64,000 nucleotides of DNA, taken from the NCBI RefSeq assembly GCF_039654945.1, contig NW_027361960.1, positions 6,696,001-6,760,000 of the forward strand, read 5' to 3'. A model generated the notes under the pieces. That model was not told the DNA's origin and did no database searches. It worked only from the letters and a program-made list of their open reading frames with translations. The DNA comes from Dendrobates tinctorius (Eukaryota). The first letter of the stretch is position 1; every line of letters begins with the position of its first letter. Below are positions 61,706-64,000 of this stretch, one piece after another. The position numbers were made by a program, and so were the translations under genes.

Positions 61706-64000
61706 CAGGGCTGTGGAGTCGGAGTTAGTTTTGGTTGGAGTCATAGTCGGTAGAAATGTACCGACGCCGACTCCAGCTTTAAAAAAAATGTATTAATATT
61801 TCATAATTGAACTTTCATATGAATTTTATAAATGTTACTCAAATATATATGTTCTATCAAACTATGAACAACAGTGATAAGCAGTTCTGCTGGAGATAGA
61901 GACATTTCTTACTTCTTGTGTGTCACTGTTCTCCACTGCCCTTATCTAATTTTATACTTGGTTAACCTCATGCTGCCCCAACCCCCCTACTTACAATGTA
62001 TGAAACTGTAAGTGAAAATGTGTTGCAAATTCTTAGTAGTAAAGCTCCTCCTCTAGACTAGATCATACTAGGTGTGCGTCTTCCAAGCATCTCACAGCTG
62101 CCTGCTACTCAGAAGAGGAAGACTGTAAGAAGTATTATCCTTTCAACAAACTTTGCATCAGTTAACTGTGAGTACATGAGGAATAATAACAGTATTACTG
62201 ACCACTATATCAGTTGTACGACCTGGCAATAATTTTGTACAATTGTTTTTAGGAAAAACAATTGTCATTTGGATTGTGAATGCTGAATTAAAAACCTGAG
62301 AATGTCAAAGAAGCATCACATTAAATCAGCTGTATTTGAACATTTCACCATCACTCAAGATAGAAAACATTATGTCTGTCAGTGTATGACAAATGATGCA
62401 GACGAAAACAAATGCTGTGAAGCCAAGATGAGTGCATATTCAGGCAAAGATAAAAATGCTCCTACCAGAGCTTCTAATCTAAAGAGACATTTACAGCGCT
62501 TTCATCCAGAAGTACTGAAAGCAGTGGATGAGAAAGACTGCATCCAAACCAATGAACCAGTGCCCAGCTCTTCCAGCCAAACAAAGGAGCAGAGAACTTT
62601 GCAGCCATCAGTTGCAAGATATTTTGTCAGTGACAAAGTTACTGTGACAATGACAGTAGATACATTTAAAAAAACAGATCATAGAGCTTGTTGTAAAGGA
62701 TAGTGTGCCTATTTCATTATTTTCACGACCAGCTTTTATGTGTCTGAATGGGGAAATGGCCCACAAGCTTGGTGTTTCTCTGGAGAGAGAGAGAGTATTA
62801 GAAAATTAGTAATCGAAGAAGCTTTTAAACAAAAGGAAGAACTTAAAAAAACTCTCAAGGGACGCTTTCTGTTTCTTAAAATGGATGCCTGCACACGTCA
62901 CAGAGTGAACTATTTTGCCATCAATGTCCGATTTGTTTGTGACAAAAATGAAATAGTTACCAAGACATTGGCAGTAAAAGACACCAAAGCTCATCACACC
63001 AGTGAGTTTCTCCAGGTCTTGGTGGAAAAGGTTCTGCAAGACTATGAACTTAAAAAAGAGCAAGTTCTTTCTGTCGTAACTGACAATGCTTCAAATATAA
63101 GTAATATAAGTACTATTAAGCTAATGAATGAGAGTAATGATGGTGACCAGCAGCTAGAAGAACATTCTGGGTCCACAGACACAGAAATGTTTGAAATAGA
63201 GGAACACAGTATTGTAACTGAGGAGCAAACTGAAGTTGCTTCAGATGAACAGCAACATGATAGTTTAGATGATCTTGTTGAAACTGTGTCAATATGTTCT
63301 TTCATTCATCACATGCGCTGTGTTGTGCATACGCTACAGCTGGCTATAAGAGACAGTCTGCAAGAAGGACATGCTGCTGCACTGATTGGCAAAGTGAGAA
63401 AATTGGCTACTGTTGCCAGAACCCCTAAAGTTGACTCAATTTTGAAGAGACGTGCTGGAAAAGGGGCAATTATTGATCAAGCCACACGATGGGGCAGTAC
63501 TTACTTAATGATTCAGCGCTTGGTTGAACTGAGAACCTTTCTTGTAGACTTGGCTAACCCTCAACTGACGCTAAATGAAAGTCAGTGGAATCAGGTGACT
63601 GAGCTGGAAAAATTGCTAGAGCACCCATTTACAGTGACTAAAAAATTACAAGCAGAGGACTTAACTCCAGGTATTTTCTTAAAGGAGCGGAAGAACCTGA
63701 TGTTTCGCCTGTCCCAAAGAGGAGGGTTAATTGCAAGTGGCATTGCTACATCAATGAAACGGAGAGAGGAGCTACTATTACAAAATAACATTCTTTTGGC
63801 AGCTGTTTATGAAGACCCAATGCATCGGATTCTTCTAGATGATCAACAGCTAAGTAAAGGAAAAGAAGCTCTGTTTGAAATAGCAGTAAGGATGAAAGGG
63901 TTGCAGAACAGTCAGGAGGAACAAGAAGAATTTGGTCGTCCTGCCACATCTTCACCCTCATCATCAACTGATGAAGAATTTAATTTCGAAAAATATTTGG
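61706..64000 (+). mobile_element. hAT transposon (left end plus transposase, running off the window)
   Basis: TIR CAGGGCTGTGGAGTCGG with GAGTCG subterminal repeats. BED finger at 62302-62510 (VFEHF...C..C...SNLKRHLQRFH). Catalytic region LKMDACT (62875-), VTDNASN, RCVVHTLQLAI, TRWGSTYLM is open to the window end. Frameshifts at an A-run (~62670) and a GA-run (~62790). Confidence 0.9.

Noticed and set aside
44190-64000. Further LYST exons
   Set aside because: No LYST-like peptide with splice sites found; the region is accounted for by transposons, so the next exon is presumably downstream.

Overview
This is eukaryotic, vertebrate DNA, most likely an anuran amphibian (inferred from the repeat repertoire: T2/Kolobok MITEs, DIRS, Penelope, frog-type piggyBac and Harbinger MITEs). 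The whole window lies inside the LYST (lysosomal trafficking regulator, Chediak-Higashi/beige) gene on the + strand. Four consecutive coding exons are present at 5557-5644, 16858-18820, 36421-37348 and 44028-44189, matching human exons 4-7 as I recall them. All have canonical AG/GT sites and consistent phases. The introns are almost entirely nested, mostly dead transposons: two L1 LINEs, two CR1 fragments, a structurally complete DIRS1-type tyrosine-recombinase retrotransposon with three younger insertions, Penelope-like elements with hammerhead-ribozyme relics, three solo LTRs, a near-full-length piggyBac, several hAT and Tc1/mariner elements, many palindromic MITEs, and a DINE-1/HINE-like non-autonomous Helentron. 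The most notable points are: apparent spliceosomal introns in the DIRS ORF1/leader; the Helentron-type element carrying a VNTR and a piggyBac; small Penelope-type inserts with 15-bp TSDs and inverted or permuted structure; and an internally inverted hATm-like transposase fragment. No prokaryotic systems, CRISPR arrays, rRNA or tRNA genes are supported. Family names come from motif recognition, not database searches.
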